DNA of 64,000 nucleotides from the human T2T-CHM13v2.0 reference genome, Homo sapiens: NCBI RefSeq assembly GCF_009914755.1, contig NC_060926.1; one strand, 5' to 3'. Numbering within the stretch: the stretch's first letter is position 1; the number at the start of each line of letters is the position of its first letter. The notes below the pieces were generated by a model. The model was not told the origin of the DNA. It was given only the letters and a program-made list of their open reading frames with translations, and searched no databases. The position numbers were made by a program, and so were the translations under genes. This document shows, in pieces, positions 42,581 to 57,061 of this stretch.

Positions 42581-43689
42581 AATATATGTCATACACTTTT
42601 ATATTTATTGAAATATTCATTATATATACATTTTTAAATCTTTCATTAGAGAGGTCCAATTGTCTACTTTTTTATAAAAGCCCACATGAACTGTTTTTAT
42701 TTTTCAAAGGTTATTTCTGACTTACTAAAGCCACAATAAATTTCCCCTGTGAGTTCCTTAAGTACCTGTCATCTATCTGTGCAAATTTTAAAAAATATCA
42801 AATATCTTAGTATGTTCCGCCTCTCCTTCTCCGCATCATGTTGATACTATCTGAAATTTTTTCCTTATTTATTCTATTTGCTATTCTATGAATTTTCTCA
42901 ACATAAGTTCTTACAGTTTTCTCTAATTTTTGGACTATATTGATCATTACTTTTAATTTTATTTTCTCCTCTCCATTAATGTTTTTGCTATCATTCTAGA
43001 GCATCCCCAAATAGATTTCTTTTTGCATCTCTGTTCTCTCCTGCATATATATTAACAATTTTTCTTATATTTTAATTTATTTTTGTTATTTTAACTCTTT
43101 TCTTTATGGTCTTAGGAAACATTTTATAACTTATTGATTTGCTCTTTGCTGTAACACTTGTTAATAAACTCTTCCATTAATATATTAATGTATTTTCAAT
43201 ACATACTGCCTTCATTTCCTTACTTTATAACTATGTATTCCTGCTTGAAATATAAAATATTCTCTCTTACAAATGCATCCTATATATTCCCAATCTCTCT
43301 ACTTTCATAGGTATGCTACATCTGGAATAAAGGGTTCCATTAGTTGTCTATTTTTCAGTAATACTTACTTATTTAACTTTCTCATTATTTATCCCTGGGA
43401 GTTTATATTCACCTGAGAGTTTTAGATCCCCTGGCCGAGATGTAGGACCAGAGGGAGGGACGTGCCAGGTCCGAGCATGATTCCTTTCTGTCCCACGCCA
43501 TGAGAAGTGCAGGTGACTGCCCAATGCAGGGGCCTTTAGAACTGAAACTTGCTCCAGGGTTCTGGAGCTGCTCTTTAGAGATGATTTTGTTATTTGCAAT
43601 CAGGAGTCACTTGAGGGCTGGAAGCTACTGGAGATGAGGAGCGTATGCTCAGAGGATACCAGATGTTCCCACACTTGCTGTCAAAAAAG

Positions 43690-44028
43690 CTTTTCTTTCT
43701 CTTTTTCTTTCTTTTTCTCTCTTTCTTTCTTTCGTCTCTTTCTTTCTTCTCTTGTTCTTTCTCTTTCTTCCTCTCTATTTCTCTCTTCCTTCTTTAGTTT
43801 TCTCTTCTTCTCTATTTTTTTCTCTCACTCATTCTTTCTTCTTTCATTCTTTATCTTCCTCTTTCTTTCTCTCTCTTATTTTCTTCTGTTGTTCTTTCTT
43901 TCTTTCTTTCTTTCCTTCCTTCCTTTCTTCCTTTCTTTCCTTCTTTCTTTTTTCTCTTTCTTGCTTTCTTTCTTACTCTTTCTTTCTTTCTTTCTCTCTT
44001 GCTTCTTTCTTTTCTTCTTTCTTCTCTA
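43690..44028. repeat. CT-rich/(TTTC)n polypyrimidine tract
   Basis: ~340 bp, almost entirely C/T. Confidence 0.95.
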
Positions 44029-44509
44029 GCTTAAACATACTGATTGGGCAGAGTTGTTCTCTGGTTTTTACAGGTAAAATAGGAGAAGAAAGGGATCTAG
44101 TTAAATTTGTTCTTTCATCTACTGTGGCACCCAGGATGATTATTCTTTCTCTTGTGCACACATGAAGTCACAGCATGTATACCGTCTTTATACAGTTTTT
44201 TTATGGTTTTTATTCAATTGGTTGGACTTTAATTGACTAATGCCCTCCCTTCTGTGGAATCTCCAGGACTGGATTAAGGAGATGAAGGGGTGGCTCTTCC
44301 TACTTGACTTACTGGAAATGCACAAGGAAATTGCTTTCCCATACTTTCTGCATTGTCAGACTGATATTCATTTTAGATGTGACAGTATGGTATTATTGTA
44401 ACGTGTCTTAACAAGTTCCAATCTATTTAGCTTTCCTGAGCTCTTTGTGGTCTTCCTGTCCTTTTTCTTCCTAAGTTGTATGTGAAACTACCTATATTCC
44501 ACTTAAAAA

Positions 44510-44665
44510 AAATTAGAACCTGGATTCAAGACCTGCCTCTGTCACTGCACAGCTGTGTGATCCAAGTGTGGAATGACGACCACATGTGAGCTTCTGTAGG
44601 TCTTAGGTCCCCCCTTTATGAAATTGCAATAATAATAATATCTACCACCTTTAATTGCTTTGATA
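44510..44665 (+). mobile_element. MIR fragment
   Basis: cctggattcaagacctgcctctgtcactgcacagctgtgtga...ataataatatctacc. Confidence 0.65.
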
Positions 44666-44678
44666 AAATGCTACAATA

Positions 44679-45445
44679 TGTGGGATGTTATGGTATGCCA
44701 TGCAGGTCTCCCTTCTGCATGGGAGAAGACACTCATTTTCCCTGACTACTGGAAGGACTGGGGACTCACCACTAATGGGTACCTGTTCACCAAGTGCCTT
44801 CTTCTGGAAGGAGTTGCCTCCCCCGAGTTTATCACTCCTCCTCAGGATCAAGCTATGTCCAATAGATCCCGTGGGGGTACAAATGCCCAGTCCTTTGCCT
44901 TGATTCAGGACAAATCACAGGACCATACTTGTTCCAGAGCTGCCTATACGGTTAATTGAGGTCTCGGCTATAGCTGCATTACAGGGTTTCTTGCTTGCTT
45001 GCTTGCTTGCTTGTTTGTTTTCCTTCTTTCTTCTTTCTTTCACAGTCTTGTTCTGTTGCCCAGGCTGGAGTGCAGTGGCGGGACCCTTGGCTCACTTCAA
45101 CCTCTGCCTCCCGGGTTCAAGTGATTCTTGTGCCTCAGCCTCCCAAGTGGCTGGCACTACAGGCATGCACCAACATGCCTGGCTAATTTTTGTATTTTTA
45201 GTATAGACAGGATTTCACCATGTTGGCTAGGCTGGTCTCAAACTCCTGACCTTAAGTGATTCTCCCACCTTGGCCTCCCATTACAGGTGTGAGCCACCAC
45301 TCCCAGCCTGCATTGCAGTTTAATGACTCCTTCTCTCACACCTGCTTCCCTAACTCCCCTTATGATGATTTTTCTGAGTGCATCCTTAAAAATATTCTGC
45401 CCAGAAATATCTCCATTTCAATAAGTTTTCTGTAGAAATATAAGT
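44679..45445 (+). mobile_element. LTR16-like ERVL solo LTR interrupted by an Alu
   Basis: gcccagtcctttgccttgattcaggacaa...ttccagagctgcc...ctgcattgcagttt...ctgcttccct resemble LTR16. Confidence 0.6.
44987..45308 (-). mobile_element. AluS, (TTGC)n/(TTTC)n tail
   Basis: TSD tgcatt(a/g)cag at 44975-44984 and 45309-45318. Confidence 0.95.
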
Positions 45446-46705
45446 CAGATATATCAAAATATAAGTCAGAATTTTACAAATATTGAAGTGTCATATCACA
45501 TCAGAGTAACAACACCACCTAAGTACCAAATGATGATAATGAAACTTAGACCTACTGGAATTGAGTAGAGGTGAACATCATGTGAGAGAAAGATCACTGT
45601 GCGCTCGTGAATCAGGGTAGGGTCCACCGGGATGTGAAACATGAATTTGAACTTGAACGAAGAGGGGCTAAATCTGATGCACACAAAACAAACTCGTGCT
45701 ACATCTTCCTCTGAAATTGCGATTCTAGCTTCTTATGTCAGGTACTTTTAGTATCTGACTCTTTTAAGCAAGACTGGGATAATTAAATTCATGGCTTCCA
45801 GTTGGAACACCTCCTTCAGTATGGAGCTGGCAAAACCTAGCCAGTAGCCTATGAATGTTACCGTTTGGCAAAGCCTCAGAACTAGGCAGAACCATGGATG
45901 CTGTCATTTGTATTGTCAGCTTCCAACATACCAAATAACCTTGGTAATGACTTCACCATAGCTCCTCTGAACTGCTTGGTGTTTACCCAAAATGTGCCTT
46001 GGTACAAAGTCTGTGGGAGGCAGTGTCAAGTCGAATGCCTAACAGTTTGAGCATCTGGGATTAATGAGCTATCAGCAAACACTTGGCTTATGCATGACCA
46101 ATCTGTTTTTGAATACTGTGAGTGCTGACTGTATCAATAAAGATAGGCTGTGATGGGAAACATTTGCTGTTATGTAACAACATGCTTGAATGCTTAGGTC
46201 GGAAGGGAGATATCACACAAGTAAGAATGGCCATAATATGAAGAGAAGCAAAACAGTGGCAGAGTTCGTAGAGGGCAGTGATTCAAGAGGTCAGGTACGC
46301 AGGAGCTCAGGGATTTTCTTTCTTTTCTCCTTCCCTCCTTCCTTTAGTTTATCTTTCATTCTTTCTTTCTTTCAACATTCCAGGACCATTTAGAAGGCAC
46401 TTATGCTCTCCCTCAAGGATCTTATGGTATAGTAGCATGATTGATTTTACATAATTGCTTTAGATAAATGTTCAAATCACTTGGTAGGTGATATTCAAAC
46501 ATAATTTTATGAAACTAAATAGACAAGAGACTGAAATAATTATAACATTAATGGATTTATAGTAAATACTCTGAATATTTTAAAATACATTCACCCATTT
46601 TGAAAGAGCACATGCAGATAAAGTGACACACAAGATCCACATGTAAGTGTTTGCTAAGAGGGGAAAATGGCAATAGAGCATGAGGACAGGAGAGGATGAA
46701 AATCA

Positions 46706-47116
<411 letters not shown>

Positions 47117-47594
47117 AAGGTAAGTTAGGGCTGAAAAAAGAACTTTAGAGTCAGTGCAAAAGACAACCACCCTCCTCTAAGAGGAGCTGAAGATGACTCC
47201 CTGTATTCCCCCAACACTGCCATGAAGGAAGAGACTCCCTGATGTAGACCGAGAAGTCCAGGGACACCAAGGTAGCAATGAAGCTACTGAGCTGGAGGAG
47301 ACCTTCCTGTTGACGGAGCACGGATATTAAAATTAAACAACTGGAAAATATTCTCTCCAGTCTCCTGCTGGTTCATTCATTAGGTAACTGGTCAGGTTGC
47401 TTGTAACCATCTCTTCTGTGGCTTGGCCTTTTCAGTGATTTTGGCTGGTGAGAGGCTCCTGGCTGTTCCTGCTTGGGAGGCCCCTGAGGCCAGCCTCTCA
47501 GGAGGAGTGATTCTTTAGCTGCACTCTTGGGAAAATGTGTTAGCCATTCGGGGGCTGGAGAATATCCTAATCCTAGAGTCACTCAATATTTTCA

Positions 47595-47920
47595 TTTTTT
47601 GCTTTATTGTAATATAATTTATATACTATGAATCTCACCCATTTAAAGTGTACACATCAGTGGCTTTTAGTATATTCACGGTCATGTTCAACACTAGTCA
47701 CAATATATTTGAAAAACATTTTCGTCACTTCTTAACAAAACCCCCTACTCAAAATCAGAGGTCCTCATTCTTGCTCCCCACTCCCAAGCCCCATATAACC
47801 ACTCACTCATGCATTGTCTGTGTCCCTGTAGATTTGCCTAGGACATTTCATAGATGTAGAATAATAGAATATATGGTCTTTGTGATTGGCTTTTTTCATT
47901 TAGCAGGATGTTTTTGAGTT
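47595..47920 (-). mobile_element. L1MB-like 3' end, antisense
   Basis: ctttattgtaatataattt...cacccatttaaagtgtaca...ggacatttcata. Confidence 0.8.
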
Positions 47921-48621
47921 TGGCTATTACTGAATATGCTTAGAAGGTAGCCCAAAAATAAGACCAGCCTATTAAACACAGGTGATGTTTCTATCCTATT
48001 GTTACTTGCTTTGTACTTTGTTCTTGTAAAATGATTTTGTTTTTCTTTGCCTCTATCCAGTCACTCTGAAAGAAGGAGAGTTTGTGTTTACCAGCAATGT
48101 CAGTATCATATGACCTTCCTTGGCCTGTGTAATTCCACTAAGTCTTAAGTACCACGGGATATCACCATAGAAAGATGAGAGAAATTGACATTGTTTAAAG
48201 TCATGTTGTATATATGGGAGATACTGATACTCCCTCTAGTTGCAAGTGAGTCAATGCTTATATTTACTCTAACTACCATTTTTATAGGTTTTATACAAAA
48301 TACAAAGCTGTTTTGTTCATCATGAAAGAAATTTCTGTCAGTATAATTTGACTCTTAGTATTTCTTAAGACGTGTTATTAAAAAAATAGAACCAACAGAA
48401 GGACCTAGCATGTGAGCAGATGCAATTCTAGCCTTCCTATGGTGCGACACATCTCTGACTCACCTTCCTCTCCACCAGACCCACCCTCTTACTGTAATCA
48501 CACTCAACACAACCCACATTTATTTGAGATTTTGTCACTTTCAGTTCAAATGACTGTGACCTATTTGTTGCCCTGGAACATAGTACAATACCAGGCATGT
48601 AGCAGCTTTTTAACAAATGTA

Positions 48622-48760
48622 AAAGGAAGAAAGAAAGGAAGGAATGAAGGAGAAAAGGAAGGAAGGAAGGAAGGCAGGAAGGAAGGAATGGAGGAAGGGA
48701 GGAAGCAAGAAAAGGGGAGGGGAGGGGGTCAAAGGAGGGAAGGGGAGATGAGAGGGAAGA
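48622..48760. repeat. (GGAA)n/GA-rich tract following an L2 3' end
   Basis: ggaaggaaggaaggaaggcaggaaggaaggaa; preceded by L2-like cctggaacatagtacaataccaggcatgtag. Confidence 0.9.
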
Positions 48761-50369
48761 AACAAAACACTCAAACGAACAAACAAACTGAGACTAGACT
48801 GTTCTCTTAGATTTACTTCTATATCAACATAAATCTCATTTTATTCATTTAGTTGTATTTATCCAGATGACTAATGAGATTTTTTCCCAGAGAAATGAGA
48901 AGCAAATTTAATACTGGATATAAAACGACTTGGTAAAATGAATGCATGCAAACCATAAAAATACATGTTTGTAGAGTTGATTCAGTCATGGCCTCCAGCT
49001 TTTCCCCAGCTACAAAGGCATTTAGGAATCAGAGCTAAATTTTTCAAAGGGGCCCAGATGCTCACTTTAAGGCACTTATGGCTTACTTACCATTCCACTG
49101 TTATATTCAATCACATGAGGATTCATAACTAGCACCTTTATGTAGAAGCTCTTTGTTTCAATGTTGAATCATGAGTGCCACGACTTTAAAATTTATGCTC
49201 TTGGAACTATGATGATGCTGCTGATCTAATTGGTTTTGCACAGAAAGTGTCAAAGTTATTTTTTAACAGCCAATGTATTAGGGTCTAACATAATAAAACA
49301 ATTTGTGTGTATTTTTGTATATCTATCTATCTATATATGTATATATATACACACACACACATATAATCAACATTATTCCTATTTTTAAGAATAATGTGAA
49401 AGACTAGATAAATTAGAAACAAAACTTGATTTAATCCTAGGATCATGTGAAATCATTAATATTTGTGTGAAAGTTATTATTATCCTAAATAATACATGTG
49501 TTTGGAGTTCTACTAGATGTGATGAGATAATGAGTTCCAACACTTTTTCATGCCCCATTCTGCTAATGAGAAAGTAAGCTTCAATTCCAGCTCTTATTTC
49601 TATGCACCATTTTATAATTTTGAAGTATATCAATACTTAGCTATTGGGTTCTGAAGGATAGGGAGAAATTTTAGAAGATATGTGAAAATAATAATATTTG
49701 TGGCATAATTGTTTTTAGAAAATAATCTCATATCATCAATTCACAATTATGAGAGTTTTCGTGATCAATTGACTCAAATACTTTTTGTAAATCAATATTG
49801 TTAAAAAAGAAAGCAAAAAGCTAAAAATGTGTATGAGATTTTTATTAATCACAACAAAGAGGTGAATGATAGCATTTTTTCTATATTCAAATATAAGTTT
49901 AACTAAAAATATATTGTTTAAAGTTAGGTAGGGAAAAACTACTGAAAAAGATAAACTAAGGAAATAAATATAAAATTCAACATAGCAGAATTTATTACTT
50001 CTAGTGGGACGACAGAAGTGTGGGCTTGGGCAGGAGCATGAAGAGGGTTTCAGCAATACTTTGTGTAAAGGAATGTACATGGACACACTTATACTAACAT
50101 ACATGTAACATATTTTTGGAAGACACATAAATAACTGGTAAGGGTGATTGCTTTAGTGGGAAGTTTTGGAAGTTAGGGTAGAAGACTTGATGTTTAGTAC
50201 ATATTTTTGTATTGTTTTAATATTCACATTGGAAATATGTGTTTTCAAACATTAAACAAAAATAGTAACTTAATAATCAAAGAAACTAAGAAACAGCAAA
50301 TATTTTTTGAGCAACTACAAGAAATACCAAGCAGTGCTAGAGGCCATGGGGTCATAGGTATGATACTGA

Positions 50370-50620
50370 TATGATAATAAAATAAACAATGAAGATAATA
50401 TTTAAAATATGTTGAGAATTTGTTTTGTTCCAGATGTTATTCTAAGAATTTAATGCAAATAAAAAAATTACTAAAGCCCTATTAGGTAAATGGTATTATT
50501 TTTCCTATTTTAGAAATAAAGAAACTGACATTTTAGAATCATATAATTTGCCCAAGACCATACAACTGATAAATAAAAGAGCCAAGGTGCTGAACTCATG
50601 TCACATTACCCATTATGCTA
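50370..50620 (-). mobile_element. MIR fragment
   Basis: ggtattatttttcctattttagaaataaagaaactga...aatttgcccaagaccatacaact. Confidence 0.7.
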
Positions 50621-52480
50621 GACTTCTTGCCTATGGGAGTTGAGTTGCTAGAAAGTGCCTTTTGTTACTTAAGTGCTCTGGAATCAGGCTCTTTTTCCTT
50701 CTATTTGGAAAAATGGCAGGAATCACTCCTCTTCCTGTTGTGCCCATAAGCCTTTCTCCAGTAGCTGAGAATCCAATCATAAAGCTAAGACAAAGATGGT
50801 AGAAAAAAAGTCCCCACAATACTTGGCAGACCCTATCAGAGTCAACTCCAAAAATGTCAATAAGAAGAGATGTCCACAGCCTGCAAAGGATTTGCCAATG
50901 AGATGCAGTGGTTTGGCTAAATAAGAAAATGTAGGGGCATGGGGAGGTTTCTATAGGACCAGCTTGGGAAAATAGGATGAGCAAAGGCATAGTGCACGCT
51001 GACGACAATGCACAAATCACTGTTGAAATTCATCAGCAAGATCTCCACCCTCAAAGACTGTAATTTAGTGGGGGAGATACATCATTGTAGAGCTTGATCA
51101 CACTCCAGAAAACATTAGAGATGCCTTTAAAAGGTAGAAAGTTCTGGAGGCTTTACTATTACTATCAGCCTCGTATTTCAGTTGCATTTGGCTAGGAATG
51201 TCCAGGACAGGAGTGAGAAGCGAGGAGAGGAAACGGAAGGAAAGACATCAAGTGAAGGGCCAATGGCTGGCCAAGCTCCATGGCTGTGCCTACCTGCTGC
51301 GGGCTCAGCTCTTCTGCCAGCTGGTGGCATAATTTGTTGGGGGTAGTGGGGGCTACAAGTAACCCATTTGTCAAGTCACTCCAGGGCCAGGTGGAAGGAG
51401 GACAAGGGAGAGAAGAGAGTCACGCATGGCTGGTGTTGCAGTCACTGTTCTATTTGGCATGGAGCAGACCTGAATGGATGGGAGGCCTACAAGGGTGGCA
51501 AGCCCCACACACTCTTCAGTAGCTCTCTCTTTTCCCCGACCTGCCATCTGGGCAACCATCACAAAAAATCTGCCCTCTGTTCTCTAAGAACCGAAATTAA
51601 CCGAGTGATTATTTCTCAGTGAGAACCTTTCCACATTTCTGATATCCTAATTTATTTGGCAGCAACACAAGAAACTATTAACATGTGCACCTCCTCACAT
51701 TTTAAGAAATTCATATTTAAAGAATCGACTATAGTACTGCTTTTGACCATATAAACAGCTAGTTTTGAAAGTATGTATATTTAATCACCCTCCTTTGACT
51801 ACTTCCTTGAAGCTAATATAGTCTATTGAATTCTAAATTCCTATGTAAGAACTATTTTAAAGCAATGGACCCTTGACACGATGGGGCTTTGACATGACAT
51901 GTATTCTCAAATCTTCAATGCAGATCTGCATATGGAAGCATCTTATGACAAACATTCCTGAGCATTCTTAACTGGTAATTTTCAATTGCTTTAGAAAATG
52001 GCTTGGATGAGGGTTGCAGAGTGATTGACTGAAGAGGGGTCTGAACTCATAATTATCTCCCAACTAATGTGTACATTTCGGATGGTGAAGCCTCTTCACA
52101 TGCTGAATTGTGATAATACATCACAAAATTGGCCATTTTGAAGAGCTGTTTTGTGAAGCTGATGAATGAAATTTCTCCACAGTGTTGCTTATACACAAGC
52201 TTCCCTCCTCCCATACGCCATATGCACGCTTGTCTAGAAGACAGCACCCTGGCTCACTGGTGGAGAACCAGACCCCTGTATTTCCACCAAGCTGTTCTTG
52301 GGAACCAAATTAGAGGAGCTCAAAAGTGGTGGGAATGTGGTCTTAATTGTCTCTTCCATGGAGCTCAACTTGTGGTCTTTGGTTTTGTGAGTTTTCCTGT
52401 TTGTGGATGTATCTTTCTTTGTCTCTTGGGGGAAAAACTCCAAGCACTCAGAGGCTGAGATTACTGCATTTGGGATAACA

Positions 52481-53088
52481 TGTTCTGTGCGGAAGACACG
52501 TGGGGGAGAAGAAAAGACACACACACAATACCTTTAAGGGTAAACAACCTTTATCCTAAGTATGTGGCAATACAGATATAATAAGCAAATGATATAATAA
52601 GCAAATTGCAATAGAAAGGGGAGAAGGGAAAAGATATATATATATATAGATAGATAGATAGATATAGATATATATATATAGATATATATATTTATATTTA
52701 CACTCACTAGACTATGGAGGATTCATCACCATACTGGGAAGCAACAGCCTGGGCTCCAGAGTCAGCCACCCATCCGTGCACAGATGAGGTGAGGTCTCAA
52801 GAAGCTTTGGCGTGGTCTGGAACCCTAGCTCCTTTTGTAACGAGTTGTTTGGCATGAGGCCCAGTCTCAAAGGCCCTTCACCACTGGGCTCAAGGAACAC
52901 AAAAAGGTCAACTTGTTTTTGCGATTGTCTGTTATTTTTCAATAACTAACGTACAGGAACAGATTTCTCTGAAACAGTGCTGGATGAATGCCTCAAGGTA
53001 CTTACGCAACCTGTTCCAGGACTTGGTGACCATCGTTTTTGTCCATGTTCAATCGAGTTCAAATTTAATATTTAACTTTTCCTCCACA
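52481..53088 (-). mobile_element. LTR18B-like ERVL solo LTR
   Basis: Reverse complement starts TGTGGAGGAAAAGTTAAATATTAAATTTGAACTC and ends CACAGAACA; internal TA-rich tract and gatataataagcaaat duplication as in my recalled LTR18B consensus. Confidence 0.85.
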
Positions 53089-53579
53089 CATGTCCTGGAC
53101 ACTTCAATCAAAAAGATGTCAATGATCTTATATCCATTGAGACTAATGACTGCATGTAGGAAGATATATGCGACAAAGCTGAAAACTTAGCACATATATG
53201 ACCAGTGGCCATGTGTTCAATTTCACTGTGAAGAAGAATAATGGGTTCGTTATAAAAAGACTGTGGTTACAGGTGCTCTCCTGTGTCGGTTTTACTGAGA
53301 CTGCGCTCCTGCTAAGGAAAGCATGTGGGTACTGGAAAAAATTCAGCAGAATTCCAGTTTTTTAAAGCATTAATGAATTTGTATAAATTTTTTTTTCAAA
53401 AAATATCACAATGGATCTCTGATTCATGGTTTTGTCAAACACAATTCTTTGATGAAACAGTAGTCGTTGCTGAGTCCTTAACTGTAATGGAACACATTTC
53501 CATTCCAAGAAGTGTCCTGCAACCATCTGGTGATGAAGGTCTTGCCATATGTTTAATAGTTTACTATTTAAACTATGCA

Positions 53580-53810
53580 TTGTCTCTGGCTCTTTTTCCT
53601 CTTCTTTCTCTTCCTTCTCTTAAACTTCTCTTTGCTTAGTTCTTTCCTTCTTTCATTCTGTCCACAATTCTTTTCTGTTTTCTTCATCAGTTTCACCAGC
53701 TTTTCCTTCCCTTCCCCCTCTGACTCCTTTTTTCCTAACCTCCTTGTCTCCCCTTCTTTCCTCACGTCTTTTCTGGCTCTTCCTCTTTCTTATCATTTTT
53801 CTTCCCCTCT

Positions 53811-53857
<47 letters not shown>
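53580..53857. repeat. CT-rich tract ending in pure T44
   Basis: T run at 53814-53857. Confidence 0.95.
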
Positions 53858-53858
<1 letters not shown>

Positions 53859-55397
53859 GTCATGCTCTTGTTTCATGAATGCCTGACATGGCTTTCCTTT
53901 AGGCCCTGAACTTCAAATAACTGAGGCCACTTTTTCCTCTCAATTCATCTGAATTTCCTCTGATCTATTCAAGATGCTCACAAATCCTGAGTTTCTTTGT
54001 AGCTGCCTCCTTAAGAAATGCTGTGGAAAGGAAGACTGAAGAAAGGCACTGGGCGTTGGCAGAAGAAAACCTCTTTGTATGGGGTCTCACACCCTAATAA
54101 CCACAACTTCCTTTTTTCCCCATGTTTCCTTTTCTCCTTTGTTTTTTTCACTTTCTATTTCCTGATGCTTTGTAGGATTTTTAAATCAAACACATGTTCT
54201 AAGTAATGTTGACAGAAGTAGGACTGGGAAAGAGGGAATTTTCTCTTCCCATGTCTTGGCTAAGCTCTGAGACTTTTTTTTTTTTTTTAAAGTAACAGGC
54301 CCTCTATGAGAAGAAAACTATGCTATAATTTCTGGGGACATGAATTTCTTCAGATCCTAACTGTTTTGTTAGTTAAATGCCTGGATTACATCTTGAACAG
54401 TTTAGTAAACTCAATTATTCAAAGCCAGTGGATTTTCTAATCTCTTGTGAGTCCCTTCACCTTTGTTCAAATTTCTATTTAATTAAACATTTGCTAGATG
54501 GAGTAAAATTTGGATCATTTGATTTTACTACCTATATCAGTCTTGGTATAGAGTCTATTCTGGTAAGAGATAGCTAAGAAGAATTTCTCACATGGTATTG
54601 ATTACTCTGATTTATTCCAGCCAGTGCTGCTTTCCAGCACATTTCTGGGTGCAATTACAAGATTTTCATCAACAAAACTCTACGCATTTAGAGATCCAGT
54701 TACCTTCTTAATCACATGATATGCCTCCATAGGGTCTGAGATCAACCAGAGAGTATCTCTTTAGCTCTGTTGAAAGAAGTCGAGAAATATGAACGGAGTA
54801 CATTTTAAAATTAATGAATGAGATGCTATATGCCAGCATTTGCAAATGTTTACATCTATACATAGTATGTATACATTACCTAAACATATATATTGTTTAA
54901 TGTATAATAAATATATGTACTCTCGAAAACTTCCTCTTAGTTCATAAGAAATCACCTCTTCCCAAAGCAATTAAAGCCTGCTTTTGTTTAAACTAGTTTT
55001 CGTCGCTGACATTTGAGGAAAATGTTTTTGCATGGAAAGTTGAGAATTTGTTGATTTTTCTAGTTGGTAAAAAATGTTAGTGGACACATTCGATATTAAT
55101 AATTATAATATCATACACATAAACATTAAAATTATAAAATTTTATATCTAGAAGAAATATTGAAGGCAAAAAAAATTCAAAGTCAAACTTTTTATATAAC
55201 CGCTGTATAATAATAAGATGCTCAGTATACCACAGCTAGAAGAAATTCCTTAGCATTTTAATGTACTTTTTCAAACTAAAGATTATAGATACTTTTGAAA
55301 TTATGGCAATAGAAATATGTATGGCATTTTTTTTTTCAGCTTACCACAGAATCCTTGATTCAAAAATGCATTTAAAAATTGTTGCATGTTCTCCTAG

Positions 55398-55768
<371 letters not shown>

Positions 55769-55951
55769 CCCAAATCACTCTTGACTCCAGTTTTCTCAGG
55801 AAGATCCTGGAGGGAACCCAAGCTTGCTCTCTTGCAGAGCTAATGTTCCTCACCAATAGTGAGTGTTCTATCAGCAGCACAGGTGCAATGAAATGAGATC
55901 CATGTCCAGTAAATACAGGAGCTTCCCTGGTTTAAAAGCTTCTGAATTCAG

Positions 55952-56277
<326 letters not shown>

Positions 56278-56293
56278 TCAAATTAAGGCCCTA

Positions 56294-56577
<284 letters not shown>

Positions 56578-57023
56578 AAGGCCCTAGAGGAGTCAGTCCC
56601 CTCCTCTCAATTCACCTTTTCATGGGTGTAAGGATACGATGGTTATGAGTCACCAGACTCCAGAAAGTCCACAGCACAGCATCCCCATCAGGTATTCCTA
56701 GTTCACTTTTAGCTCCTTCCAGTTCAGATAAAATGTACTAATCAGTGGTCCTTTTATCCTGAGGGTTGCTTAGTAACATAAGTGACAATTTTACCTTTGT
56801 CAGGTTACCAGGGAAACTGATGCAGACAGCATAACCAAAGGTCAGCTAGGAATCACAGATCAGGTGCAGCATCCTACGGGGCCGAGGAAGCTCAGCCACA
56901 GGACAGGCTTCCTGTAGTCAGACTCAGATCACACGGCATTATGACAGACGGCGGCTGACTCCGAAACGCTGGCCTCTTTATCCTAAACGTATTGTACTGC
57001 CCAACATTAATATGAAATATTAA

Positions 57024-57061
57024 TATAAAAAGTGACTGCCAAGACAGCACCCACATCAAAG
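57024..57061 (+). promoter_or_regulatory. Candidate core promoter (TATA + Inr) overlapping a TCF/LEF motif
   Basis: TATAAAAAG at 57024; Inr-like CCACATC with A at 57053 (29 nt downstream); ACATCAAAG at 57053-57061; local CpG retention. Confidence 0.3.

Noticed and set aside
43634-44165. Phe/Leu/Ser-rich 'membrane protein' ORFs (also 53575-53886)
   Set aside because: Translations of CT-rich low-complexity DNA
45436-45470. aaatataagtcaga direct repeat as the TSD of a hidden element
   Set aside because: The copies are only 7 bp apart; a simple micro-duplication at an LTR edge
45530-45581. SECIS element
   Set aside because: The ATGA, AA loop and GA spacing does not fit SECIS geometry, and there is no upstream coding sequence
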